Of a stretch of 64,000 nucleotides of DNA, positions 37,901 to 51,304 are shown one piece after another (the first letter of the stretch is position 1; each line of letters starts with the position of its first letter). The notes beneath the pieces are model-generated. The model did no database searches and was not told the origin of the DNA. It worked only from the letters and a program-made list of their open reading frames with translations. This DNA is from Rhizophagus irregularis. Lineage: Eukaryota. The DNA is taken from NCBI RefSeq assembly GCF_026210795.1, contig NC_089430.1, forward strand, positions 4,712,001-4,776,000, written 5' to 3'. The position numbers and the translations under genes were made by a program.

Positions 37901-39253
37901 AACTTCCGGTTGAGGAATTATAAGAGTATTGTTAGGTAAAATTGTAATATCAGCTTCACTATTCGTCAAGGTGGGATATGGAAGACCCCAACTATATTGT
38001 ATACCATTGGTATCCAAAATAAAGCCATAAAGATTAAGTCTAGTTGCATCATTTACAATTGGTTGTGTATAATATAAGAAATAACCTCCATATCGTAGTG
38101 ATTTAATATTATAGTTAACGCCGCCTGGACTTTGAAAAGCTTTAACATCGTATGCAGTCCCTGATGAAAGAAAATCAACTTTAACAAATGTGTTTTGACC
38201 TTGTGCAGTGTTTAAAGTTAAAATACAAGTTTGTCCGACTCCTATGTAGGCAAAATCACAATTAATTAAAGTAACTTCTAAAATTGGAGCTCGAGTTTGA
38301 TAAAGAATAACTGGCTCTTGTATAATATTTTTTCCGTATTCTAAGAATATTCCATATAATTTCATTTGCGGAGAAAAGGGGATAGTTGACATCGTAATAT
38401 TAGGATAAATAATCGCATATCCTCCATTTGTCGTTGCAACTGTTCCAATTGGATGACCCGTAGGATATTCGATGATTGTTTCTCCGAGAAGTTGTATTGC
38501 ATTATTTTCATCACTAAAGTGAAATATAAAGATTGAATCAATATTTTATAATTAAATTAATATTTTATTGTCTTAATAAATTACATTTTGTATTGCTGTA
38601 AAGCAAACCCAGTAGAATTTGTTATAGGTGTAGTACGAAGAAATCCATCATCACGATGAACGTTTAGTGTAATAGTAGAATCTTGATCGGGCGACCATTC
38701 GTTAGTATTAGGATTAACAAATGATGATCCCAGTTTAGATTTACTATGAAAAAGAAATTATTATTTAGGCGTGTAGTTTTATTTTATTTAAAAAATGAAA
38801 AAGTCAAATTTATTTTATTTACTTGTGGATAACTCCATCTAAGTCAACAATTAATCCCCAATCATCATAAGAATATGGATTATTTACATCTGCAGCTACC
38901 ACAAAAGTTACGAACAAAAGATTTCTTTTTATTGGGTAAAATTTAATTTTTGAAAGAATACAAAAATTAAAAGGTTGAATGTCCAATGAAATATCAAATT
39001 CTTTAATAGTTCCATCTGGATAAATCGTACGAATTGAAAAGGATTCCTCAAAACAAGTTCTGGGAGGAGTTGTATAATTTACATCATGAGCTATTCGAAT
39101 AACTATTGTACCATCATCGAAATTTTTTATATTCATCACGTTAGGTGTTTTAATTTGCTTTTCTTCATATGTAATAATTGATGATTTTACTGGTAATATT
39201 ACCAATAAAATTGATAAAAAAAGTATAAGATTTAACCTCATCGTAAATTTCAT
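34957..39253 (-). CDS. Multi-exon cell-surface multipass membrane protein R3
   Basis: Same exon layout as R1 (ORF pieces 38819-39253, 37811-38392, 36827-37246, 35215-36396, 34957-35142, plus a hand-read intact Ig exon at about 37386-37760). Start at 39253 or 39241. Confidence 0.85.
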
Positions 39254-40449
39254 ATGAGTTAAAATTTTTTAAACAAAGGAAAAAAAATTTTTTTTTTAAA
39301 GATAAATTATTATTATTGAAATTTTTTTAGGGGAGCGTCATCAAATTTATTATGTGACTTTTTTTGGATCGTTGAATAGAAATTTTCTTTTTTATTTTTA
39401 TATATTTTTTTTATTTTATTTTTATCTTTATTTCTTTTTTTATACAAATGTTACTGAAATTTTCTTATCGGTAGTTAAAAAAAATTATTATAAAATACAA
39501 TCAATTTTGATGGAAAAATAAATATATAATTTCTTACATTATGAATAGTAGATAAAAATAAAAATATACATAATCTATAATCTAACTTTTTTTATTATTC
39601 GTTACGTTACAATGAATGTAATACGGATTCAGCCGAGATTTTACAAGGGTAGGAAAAAAAAATTTTTTTTCATTTTTTTTTTATGCATAAAAATGTAGTA
39701 ACATTCAATGCAATACTTTTTTTTATTGCATTACATATACATTTGATTATCTCTTTACCGAATATACTAAACAAATAAGAACATCCATTCAAAATTTTAG
39801 AAATTTCTAAATTTATAAAACGGGTAAACTTTTTGGCTGTCCATTAACAAGTTTGTCGTACAAAAATTTTTATCCGTTACATGCATAAAAGAAGCGTTAA
39901 TATTGTTCGATTATTTGTTTGAATACAAAGTTTATTATTACCATAATAGTTATTTAACATTTTTAGATTCTTTGAATCATTTTTTTTTTTAGTTTATCAT
40001 AACGGAGTCAAATAATTTTATCCGAAATTTCTTTCGCCTTTTTTGTTATTATTTTGAACGGACCGTCCGGATTACCAAATTAAGTTGATTCAATTGTACG
40101 ACTATTTTTGGTGTAGTGCAAAGTTGTATTTTAATTTTCTCCAATGATAAGAAACTTATTACGGAAGACAAAAGTGCTGAGTTCACAGTCCGCGAATTTG
40201 ATAATAAAATTTAAAAGGTTCATTGACCTTAATCACACTCGTACGCATGCATATTTACATATTTTTTTTTTTTTTTTTAGTAATTAGATGAAATCAAAGA
40301 AATATTTATTAATATAAATTCCTCCTCCTTTCGAAAAAATATATAAAGGGTGAATTCCACTCTCTCCAATTCCTCACGATAATAAAAGTAATAATAAAAT
40401 ACTTTATCACGTCTTTTTTTCCTTTTAAATTTTTAAATCAAAAAAAAAA

Positions 40450-40965
40450 ATGAAATATCATACATTATTATTTTTAGTTCTCTTATACCTTATTGCCGTT
40501 TCGTCAGCTGCTCCAAATGGTAGTAAATTATTACCCAGAGCATTTGAAAAACGAAATCAATGTAGTTGCAGATTCGTGGTCGCAGATTTCAATCATGGTT
40601 CAAGTAGGGGTATCGTGACCTTTGCTCAAGACGAAAGAGGTGATACCGAAGTCGCAGGAATTTTCAGCAAGGGTTTCGATGATGAGCACGCAAGTTATGG
40701 ACTTAAAATTGTTGACGAATGCCGTAATGTCCTCTTTGATCTTACGGATGGGTTAAATATAACACCAGACGGTTCTGGTGGTACCAAATCTTTTAGGCAT
40801 AAATTTAGTGAATTTAGTGTTGACTGCGACAGCAATGGTATTCTTACCAAAAAAATTCATAATTCCAAACGTACTTGTCATAGCAATAAAATTAGGAAAC
40901 GTCTTCCTAATGAAGCGATGACTACTCAGAATGGTCAAGGCATGGATTATACAGGGATCTTTTAA
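40450..40965 (+). CDS. Small secreted Cys-containing protein SSP3 (171 aa)
   Basis: Signal peptide, EKR, CxC, and the same five Cys and three KR sites as SSP1 and SSP2. Confidence 0.92.
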   Translation: MKYHTLLFLVLLYLIAVSSAAPNGSKLLPRAFEKRNQCSCRFVVADFNHGSSRGIVTFAQDERGDTEVAGIFSKGFDDEHASYGLKIVDECRNVLFDLTDGLNITPDGSGGTKSFRHKFSEFSVDCDSNGILTKKIHNSKRTCHSNKIRKRLPNEAMTTQNGQGMDYTGIF

Positions 40966-41792
40966 ATGATACTGCATATTACATTTTTTTTTAAATTTCA
41001 AAAAAATATATTAGTTAATATTAGTTATATTTTCAGCACAACGTGCAGGTAATCAAATAGGTTGTTCGACCCCATAATAGATTATTCGAGATTTCATTTA
41101 ATTCTTTGATTTTTTGTAAAACGTCATTTTTTTTTTTGGTCGCAAAACAAAAATGCGAGGCGTTTTTTTTTTGTAAAATTATTTTTGTAATTTTGTATCT
41201 TTTTTTTAAATAACATAATAAATTAATAAACATGTATTTTAAAAATAAATATTATTATAAATTTTAAACTGAATATATTGTTCTGCGCTTAATTGTGTTA
41301 CATTTACGATTTGGAATGAAAACTTAGAACCTGACCATTTCGTAAAAAACGACATGAGTCAAATTATTAAAAATTTTACATCTATAATATATTATCTATG
41401 ATATTTTATGAAGAAAATAGGCATTTTTTTCATGATGTTTTTCTTTTGATAAACGGTTTACTACTGTCCAATATTTTTAATTACAATTTGCAAAATATTT
41501 CTAATATTTCTAACTAGAAATCGGAGTTAAATTTGTACAAATTGGAAATTTTCTTATAAAGTATCACGAATTCACAAGAACTGGTAAATTATATTAATTT
41601 AAAGAATAAAAATGGAAAATTTATGTTAAATAGTTTTAACTCCGTTATATTTGTATTGTACAGATAATATTAAAAAACATAAAATATAAAATTAGTACTA
41701 TTATATTCTATTTATGGATCATTCGTCACATTATGTTTTTTATTTATTGATGATAATCAAAAGTTCATACTGAAAAAAATAAATTCTCGATC

Positions 41793-41900
41793 ATTTCCTA
41801 TTTACCTATTATATATGACGCTTTTGGTTAATACTTATGTAAATATTGTAATATTTCCTATTTACCTATTGTATATGACGCTTTTGGTTAATACTTATGT
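41793..41900. repeat. Tandem duplication with 60-bp period
   Basis: ATTTCCTATTTACCTATTRTATATGACGCTTTTGGTTAATACTTATGT occurs twice. Confidence 0.8.
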
Positions 41901-42635
41901 TACCAACTTTAACATTATCCATATTTGTATCTATTGAATGAATTATTTGTGTAGTTTATCGGCGTACTACACATTGTCGATTACACAAAAATGAAAATGT
42001 CTCAACCCATTGTTCCACAATGAGTGACGACAATATGTATCATATGACGACTGATTTATGCAGTACATACTGTATATGACTTTAACATACTTCCTCCATG
42101 ATACGAAAAAAACTTTTTAAATTCCAAGTTTACTTTTGGACTACTACAGATTTCTGAACAAACTATAACATTCTTGCACATTTCCAGAAATCTCTTAGAC
42201 ATTCTCTGGCGTGATGTTTTAAATGAAGTCGTTATCCTAGGCACAGTCCATGAATAATTTATTAAAAAAACGTGACATTTGTTTCACAATCCTTGCGTTA
42301 CAAGATCATCTCATCTTATAGGCCTGAAGTAAAAAAAAAAAATACGTTCAAATAAACGACGCAAAGTTCAATGGTCTTTTAGATTCTTATGAGTTTTTGA
42401 TATAGATAACAATTTCATAATAAATATTTTTTTTTGTTTTTCAAAAGTTTTAATGCGTGGTAAAGTTGTAAGCATTTATTATCAATAGTAATACAATAGT
42501 AATATAAAATAATAAAAATAACAAGAAAAAAAGAAAAAATTTTTTCTATAAAAAATTTGTCACATATTATTATGTGTTCGTTTTAACTTCTTCTTTTTCT
42601 TTCTCAGATTGCCAGGTTTGAGATTTTAGCCCTTT

Positions 42636-45600
42636 TTATATGTAGCGAGCTGTGAGCATATGTTTAATTATTAAAAATCCTTTACTGAAGAAATCTATAC
42701 TAGATTTTGAAATGTTGTATACAGGTGTATAACCAAGTGATACAACTCGAGTCACATAAAAACTCTATTAAAAAACAAATGAATTTTTAATGTTTGATTT
42801 AATAAAAGATAAAAAAATTAATATAAAAACTACTTACTTGAAGAATGATTAAAGAAATATCTCCAATAATAGCGCTAATGAATACTCCCCATATCATTTT
42901 ACGTTTTGCCGCATGAGATAATTTAGCATTCAAATAAATGTTAAACCATGGAATTGTCATCTTTGAACCAAGTAATCTTAAATATGTAATGTTAACCCCT
43001 GCTAATAAAACGAATAGTGCTGTTACTTTTCGATGTTCTTTACTATCTTTTAACCATTTTGAAAATTTTTGATATCCCTTTTTTTGCTTTATTGAGTGAC
43101 TCCTTTTTTCCTTTATTCCATTTATTATATTTAATAAACTCCATTTCTTAATTTTTTCCTCGTTTTCATTATTATTTCTATCCTCATTTTCTACTTCCTC
43201 TATATCATCTTCTGCATCGTCGTCTTTTTCGTCTTTTACACGACTATTTAATTTATCGGCGAAATTTTTAATGTTTTTTAATTCTCCTTTTATAAGAATG
43301 TCTTCTAATTTCCTTTTATCTACAAATATGCTTACTTCTTCTGCAAATTTCTTAACTTCTTTTAATTTTTTTGTAAGCACCCTAATTTTATTTAATTCTT
43401 CTGCAAGTTGTTCGATTTCTTCTGATTTAACTGTAAAACTGTTCACTTTTCTGACCAAGTTTTCTGAGAGGTTTTCAACTTCTTTTAATTCTTCTGCAAA
43501 ATCCTCAAATTGCATTATTTTACTTATAAGTTTATTAATTACTTTTAATTTTTCTTTAATATTTTTTACTTCTGTATTATTTATTGTTTCATTTTCTGTA
43601 TTATCATTTTTTTCTTTTACGATAATTTCGTCAACTATTTTTATTTCTTCCATGAGTTTATTAAGTTTTTCTAAATCTTCATTTATTATTAGCTCTCTTA
43701 TAACTTTTTTCAATTCTTTACTCACTTCATCTGATTTTGTTACATTGTCATTATCAACTATTAATTCTTTTGTAGAATCAGAATCGTCGGATACTTCTTC
43801 ATTTAATAGTTTATCAATAAGTTCATCAATTTTTATTAATAAATCTGTGAGGTCGGTTCTCATAAATTCATTGATTATAATTATAAACGCAACCCCCAAA
43901 TTTACGACAAACGGAAATGTCACAAGGAAAATACTAAGAGAAATAGAGAGAAGTGTAAATAAATATACATATATATATATTTTTTTTACTAAAAAATAGA
44001 AAAATAGTTTTATTTAATTTAATACTTAATTTACCTTATATTAAAAATTTTTTCAATATGTCCTGCATCTATACTAGTAAAAAAAATTGTCGTCACGAAT
44101 TTTTCAATAGAATTACCACACGTATAAATTGCATAATTTTTTTCCTAAATAAAAAATAAATTATTCTATTAGTACTTAGTTTTACTGATTTATTTCGATT
44201 AAAAATTTATGATAATTATAATCTACCTTTGCAGAAAATGATAAGAGTCCGATATTAAGTAAGACTGTTATAATAAGTTTTTTCAAATTTTCTTCTATCC
44301 ACCTGGCTATTATCAAAAAAAAATTCAAAAGTATCTTTAAAATAAAATTCTTAATTAAAATATATATTTATAAAATCTTATTCTTATTCTTACGTTTGGT
44401 TACATATCCATATTTATGATCCAAATAATTTGAATATACTCCAGATCCAATAAGAGTGATGAATTTATTCTTTATTAAAGTATCTAAATCAATAGCTGCT
44501 AAATTAACTGATATTTCATCTTTATTCTTTGCTTTTTCAATATTAATAGATAAAATATATTGTTCTGAAGAAACTGAAGTATCAATTTCATATTTTTCAC
44601 TTGTAGTTACTCGTTCTGTACTAACAGGAATTGCTTTAGCCAATTCTCGTGTTAAATTATCAAAAAATTCTTTATATTTAAGTTTGTCATCTTTAATACT
44701 TTTAAAATAATTTGTTCCTTCTGAAGTCAATCGAACTTTTCCGCTAATACCAGCAGAGTTTACCTTTTTTTGATATATTTCTTTTATGCTAGTTGATTCA
44801 TGATCATCTTCTTGAACTATTAAAAACAAATTATTATTTTAAAAGTTTTATTTATATATGAATTCGTTTATAAAACACTTACTAGTTGTAAAGTTCCAAG
44901 CGCTACTCTGTATACCAATAATAGGTTCATGATAACCTCTACTACTTGCAAAACCATCATCAATTAAAACATAATATTTTCCACCAGGCTTATTGAACGT
45001 ACTATCAATTATTGTAATGTTAATAATAGAACCAAATTCATCATCAATAAGATTCACAAATTTATCGTATCCATCGTTGCCAGTAGAAGTCATAGACGTC
45101 ATTTGACGTATAATACCATGACTAGTACCATCATCTTGTAAAATTGTAACATTACGATTTGGTGATAAATCAACTTTATTATAATATTTAATTATGAGAA
45201 ATTTAGTTTCAGACGGGTTTATAACGTCACCAATTTTAGGAATTGTGGTATCGATATGTAAATTATCATAACCATGGTCTAAAAAAAATATATATATATA
45301 AAGTTTATATAAGTTTAAAAGGTATTAAAAAAAAAAAAAAAAGAATTTCTGTGTAACGTTACCTCGTACCCCCTCAATTTTATACAAATCAGAAGTGATC
45401 AAAGACCAACTTTTTTCTCCCTCTGGTTGAGGAATTACAAGTGTGTTATTTGGTAAAACTAAAATATCAGCTATAGGATTTGCCAACGTGGGATATGTAA
45501 GGCCCCAATTAAAGAGGTTACCGTAGTAATCCATAATATAACCATTAATTTCAAAGTTTTTCTTAATATTTTGTACTCCATAATATGAGAAATAACCTCC

Positions 45601-46792
45601 ATATCTTAATGATTGAATACTATAATCTGTGGTAATTTCTGAACTCTGAAAAGTAGTAATATTATATACAGTTCCAGATGAAAGGAAATCAATTTTAATA
45701 AATGTTTTATCAGTTAATGTAGAGCTTGCAATTATCATACAAGTTTGTCCAACTCCTACATAAGTAAAATCACAATCAAGTAAAAGAACATTTATTGGAG
45801 TCAAAGTTTGATAAAGTACGATTGGCCCTTGTGTGATTTCTTTTCCGTATCTTAATAACATGCAGTAAATTCCAAACTGTGGAGTAAGAGGAGTTGTTGA
45901 AATGGTTGCTGAACCCGTATTATTAGGATAAATAAGTGCATATCCTCCGTCCATCGTTGCAACTGTTTCAAGCGGGTAGCCTGTAGGATATATGTTTATA
46001 GTTTCTACAATCTGCTCTATTCCTCCATTTTCATCGCTTAAAAAAGGAAATAATAATATACGTATGTTAAATCAATTTTAATTATGTTTTTATAATTAAA
46101 ATTAATATGATAAATTACATTATAAATTGCTGTAAGGAATAACCAGTAGAATTTGTTAAAGGAGCGGTTCGGAGAAATCCATTATCACGATGAACATTTA
46201 GCGTGATGGAATCTTGACCTGGCTTCCAATCTTTAGTAGTGATATTAACGTACGATGGTCCCAGCTTAATTTTACTATAAATGAACCAAGTAAGTATTAT
46301 TTTATTTTTATATATATTTAAAGATTTATTTGTTTACCTGTGAATTCCTCCATCTAAGTCGATAACCACTCCCCAATCATTATAAGTGTAAAAATTGTTT
46401 ATATCATCAGCTTCCGCGTAAGTTATTAACAAAAAATTTTTTCTTACTGGATAAAATCTAAGAGGATTTGCTTTTGGATATTTTGGAAGAATACAAAAAT
46501 TAAAAGGTTGTATATTTAATGTATCTGATGAAAGATCAAATTCTTTAACAGTTCCATTGGGATAAATTGTACGAATAGATAAATAATCCTTAAGACACTG
46601 AAATTTGGAAGGATCTTTACGAACTATTCGAACGACTATAGTATTATCATCATAACAATCTAAACCGAACACTCTGGGTTGTTGTTCAGTTGAATTTTGA
46701 TTTTCTTCAAAAATGATTGATGATTTTACTGGTAATAATACCAATAAAATAATCGATAGGGTTATAAAAAGTGATATATGATTTAATTTCAT
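42636..46792 (-). CDS. Multi-exon cell-surface multipass membrane protein R4 (no divergent SSP partner seen)
   Basis: Eight GT-AG introns at positions equivalent to R1-R3; ORF pieces 46334-46792, 45325-45954, 44848-45102, 44368-44829, 42799-43923; last exon SFYVTRVVSLGYTPVY...ARYI*. Confidence 0.85.
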
Positions 46793-49576
46793 TTTGAAAT
46801 TTTTTTATTTTTTTTAGAATTAGAAAAAAGGTAAAGAACTTTTCTTTTTTTTTTTAGAGTACGTCAGATTTTTTAAAACATGGTTAATGAAATTATTTTT
46901 TAATTTTATGATGTTGTTGATTATTTAATCCGCTGCATTTTATTGGGCACAGGACTTTTGTTTTTAACATTCAAAAACTTTCAAAATACTTGAATATCAA
47001 TTCTTAATTGACCATTGTAATCCGCTTATCTCCGAGATGTATCACCGTGTCGATTATCTCTATAATTTCTTGTAAAGTGTAAAGTAAAAAAATAAAATAA
47101 ACATATAAACAAAGCTTTTTAATTGTTACATTATTCTTATGCGATTTAGGGGTGAAAATTTTATTTTTTTTTTGTCTTACCTTTTTTTAATATTGCATAC
47201 GTGAATCCGTATGCTGATTATGTAATCTTTAATGAAACCAAATTTAGTTATTCAACTATCAATGCAAGCAATACAATGAACTATAAAATAAAATGATTAT
47301 CAATTTTTGAGTTTGAATAGAAAAAAGAAATTTATATTATTTATATTTACATAAAATAATGACTTTTTAAGCGTTGAATCATTTTCTTTATTTATTTTCT
47401 TTATTTATTTAATATATGAGCAATAATGATTTTATTACTTTTAATGCAATGTATAATGATAACACTTTTATTATAATGAATTCATAAATATATATTATTA
47501 CTTTTATTCTAAAATAAAATAATGAAAATAATAAAAAAAAAGAACAATTAAAATTAGAATAAAATAAAAAGGAATTATTTCATCCGTTCTCCTTAATTAT
47601 AGTTCATTTATCATATTTTCATTCAATCAGCCATAATAATCTCGGATAAACTATTTTTAACGATACCCATAAAGAGAGAAGAAAAGAATGCTGCAAATAA
47701 AAAAAAAATTATTTAAAATTCATTCAAAGATTCAAAAAAAAAGTTACACTTAATAAACTTTGTTAAAAATTTTGATGAAATATTTATTAAACAAATAAAA
47801 AAATATAAAATGTGTTATGTATAAAATATTCGGTATATCAATAGTCATGTTATATATTACTAAAATTAATGTTATTATTAATTAAACAATTGTTTACTTG
47901 AAAGCTTTAAGTTTACTTAAACCGGAGCATCTCTTCCGAGTTCCTTCCGAGTTCCGGCAGACAAAATTAGACTAAATTAGAAATTTTGTTGCGTAATTGA
48001 AGTTAATTTTGTTTACGTCGTTTGCGGGTATGATTCCATTTTGACTTTTGATAATTAAAATGTATTAATTTAGTTTAGTTTTGAAGCATAATAAAAAAAA
48101 AGTATTAAATAAATATACATATAGTACATGTACTGTATAAAACCAATTTAAGAACGGATCATGTTAAAATAACTTTTTTTCTAGTCTCGTTACACCTTTT
48201 TTTTTGATTTTGATAATACTAAGCCCGTATTCCTTTTTTGTCATTGTAAAAGATTTACTTATACTAGAACTAACGCACTATACAATCATGTATCACAGTA
48301 TGCATGTCGATCGTAATAACAAACAACACAGAGCAGTCAGTTACATTGTGCTGTGCAACATTGAAACTAACCGTTATTGAATTACTTAACGATGTTGTAT
48401 CCACTTACACAATGTATCACAATAAGTACGACTAAAAATGTCGAAATTTTCGCTTACTCCCCCCGTATCAGGTATGTATTCTATTTGATTATTTAATATT
48501 TACTATTTACTTGATTATTTATGGAATTTTTCGATGAAGACTTTCTTTTTAATCTAAATAAATGAATACAAATATTATCAATATAATGACTGCCTTTTTT
48601 TTAAATATTTTTAATAATAAAATATATTGTATATTCCTTTCTTAATTTATACTAATTAATAATAAATTAAAACAAATAAAAAAAAAATATTTTTTTTTAT
48701 AACAAATCAAATAATTAATTTTTTTTAATGGGATGAACCCTCAACCGCTGTATCTTTGACGACAGGGTTTAAGATTAGGTTAGGGTTAGTATGTTAGCAG
48801 CTATTAAAATATATCATACCTTTCTAAATTTATTTTCGTAAAGGCGTGACCGTCGACCTAATTTTATGAAAATTTATAGAAAAATTTTATATGTTAAACA
48901 TATTTTATAAAATCTTAAATTATGGGACTTGTAAATACTTGTATAAAATAAAATATCGACCGCTGATCTCAAAATTTTAAGTCCATAAAATGAGAATCGT
49001 GCGTACCTTTAAAGGAAGTCAAAGCGTATCGTCATAAAATTAATTTTTTTAAAAAATCTGTTTGTTCCTTTTGTTATATAATTCCTGATAATGTAGCATT
49101 TATTATTATCATTAATTAAAAGCTTGATTAATTTTTACATAATAAATATCTGAATGATCACCCTATGCATTAAAATTTAACGTTAACGATAAAATTGATG
49201 TTTTGGTCTGCCGAACTTATCATAGTGCAGGCTGAGATTTATGGTCCAATCACGTGATATTGACGTGTCAAAAAAAAATTATTTTATAGAAACTGTTTAA
49301 CGGTAATTAAGTTTCACTGACAGTCCAATCAAAACTGTACTACATAATAACCCAATGTAATATTGATCCGAAAAAAATAGTAGTAAATACCACTTCAAAC
49401 CCATCATCTAGCTTTAAGGGCTTTTACAAGTTGATTATAATTAATATCATTGGAAAGAATTATGGAAGAATCAATATTTAATTTGCATATTTCAAAATAT
49501 CTCTTTCTTGTCTGATGTTATTGTATTAACTCTAATGAAATCTTAGCACTCGAATAATAAGATCACATTTGTTAAT

Positions 49577-49854
49577 AACTTTTCATTTAAAGCTAGTGGC
49601 GTGAAAGTACATTTAATGTGTCTCATTATGATAAACCCAGTGCGTGAGTTTTTTTGATTAATAGATAATGTAAAACTTCAACATTTTTACATGTTAGAAA
49701 TCAATTTTCAAAAGATGAGTTGGATGCAAAAACATTGAGATATTACACCACCGATTTATCATAGAAGGATGAGACAAAGCTCATTAGAATTTCCATAATA
49801 AGATGCATTGAATGGTGATATTTTCATGCCACTAGCTATTAAGATGAAAAGTTA
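49577..49854. repeat. Degenerate inverted repeat (old MITE-like)
   Basis: TAACTTTTCAT..AGCTAGTGGCGTGAAA versus TTTCATGCCACTAGCT..ATGAAAAGTTA. Confidence 0.5.
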
Positions 49855-51304
49855 GCATTCTTTTAGTTTAAATATTTATGGGAATAACATTGCAATGGAT
49901 TTATGAAATTTGGCAAAACTCTGTTGCTGCGCCCTCGGGAATTAAATAAATTTTTTTAATAATACCAGTCAATCATTATAATTTCGGTCACCAGTAATCA
50001 TCACTCCAGTTAGAAAAATTCTTTATAAAAATAAAAAGTAATTTATTTTATATATTTGATATAATTTATATATAAAATATTATTTGGGTTACTTTTAGTA
50101 TAATTTATTATGCAAAATATCATCTGAACTGCAAAGAATTAAAATTGACTTAAAGAAACAAGCTTTTTCCTAAAAAAATGTCAAATAATAACGCGCCTTT
50201 AGATAGTGGAAAATTGATTAGACGCATGATTTGGGGCGGGGCTCATTTTTGACTAAATTTGGTGACTTAAATAAAATTTGATGACCAAATATTTATTTAA
50301 TTTTGACATGACGGACAAATTTGGGATATTTCATAAACCCGCCATGATGGCTCATTATATTGAGGCTAGAGCTATGAAAAAATGACTTCTTTATTCGTCC
50401 CCATTCTTTCAACTTTTTTAATCTCCATCGCTTTCTAAATTGTTTTATTTCCGTCAACGTCATATTCCTTAGACACCATTGCTTTTATTGTTGCTAACAT
50501 ATTTGGTAGTGTTCAATTATTATTAATAGGTGAGTAATTTTATCTAATAGCGATGACAAACAATTTTAAACAAAAGCCCATGGACAAACTTTGAGAGATG
50601 ATAACAAAAACGAGTATGTAATGATAATTTTATCCAAACAATTTGAAATTAACCCTTTTTCACATGAATGTTTATTTCTACCCGAGAGGTTCTTATGATC
50701 ATTCTCCCGCAAGCTTCTGATGAAAACATTAGAAAGTATAAGAGACAACTGTATTACGGGCGTCCTACACTTGTATTTATTTTTTGTATGTTATATCACG
50801 CCACTAGTGTATTTGTAAAAAAAATTGCTTGGCAAAAAAGTGATCCATGTTCCAAATTAAAACGGAGGCGTATGTGATTCGCTTTAATGATGTTCTTTTA
50901 ACTTAGTTTCGTATCATTAAGCTTTGTTTTTTTATAAGAATTAAAAGGCAAAAATAAGATTTTGTTCGCAAGTGATCCTTTACACACTGGAAATTGCATT
51001 AAGAATGAACCGCTATGTACTGTATCTTAAAAATCAATAAAATTTCACCTAAAATTTTTTTCAAAATCCTTATATTAATTTTTTTCGCTTTATTGGAAGA
51101 TTTTACGAAGTTAAAAGGAGTAGTAAGCATTATTCATTAAAAAAAATAAATTCACTTATAAAATTGATTTAACATTTTCTTCTGTATTACTTTGCGTATT
51201 AGCGTATATTGATCATGAAATTATTAACTTTTAATCTTTTAATTCTTAAAAAATGTATCATCTTGCCCAAAATCACTCTTGCACACTCTCACTTTAGTAA
51301 GTAC

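Noticed and set aside
43271..43999. 242-aa plus-strand ORF and similar S/F/L-rich antisense ORFs (5190-5501, 27616-28419, 35720-35989)
   Set aside because: Antisense shadows of the K/E-rich coiled-coil exons.
48765..48790. TTAGGTTAGGGTTAG telomere-like stretch
   Set aside because: Only about two units; too short to be meaningful.
50330..50880. Slightly GC-richer coding-like fragments
   Set aside because: No sustained frame or recognisable motif; cannot support a call.
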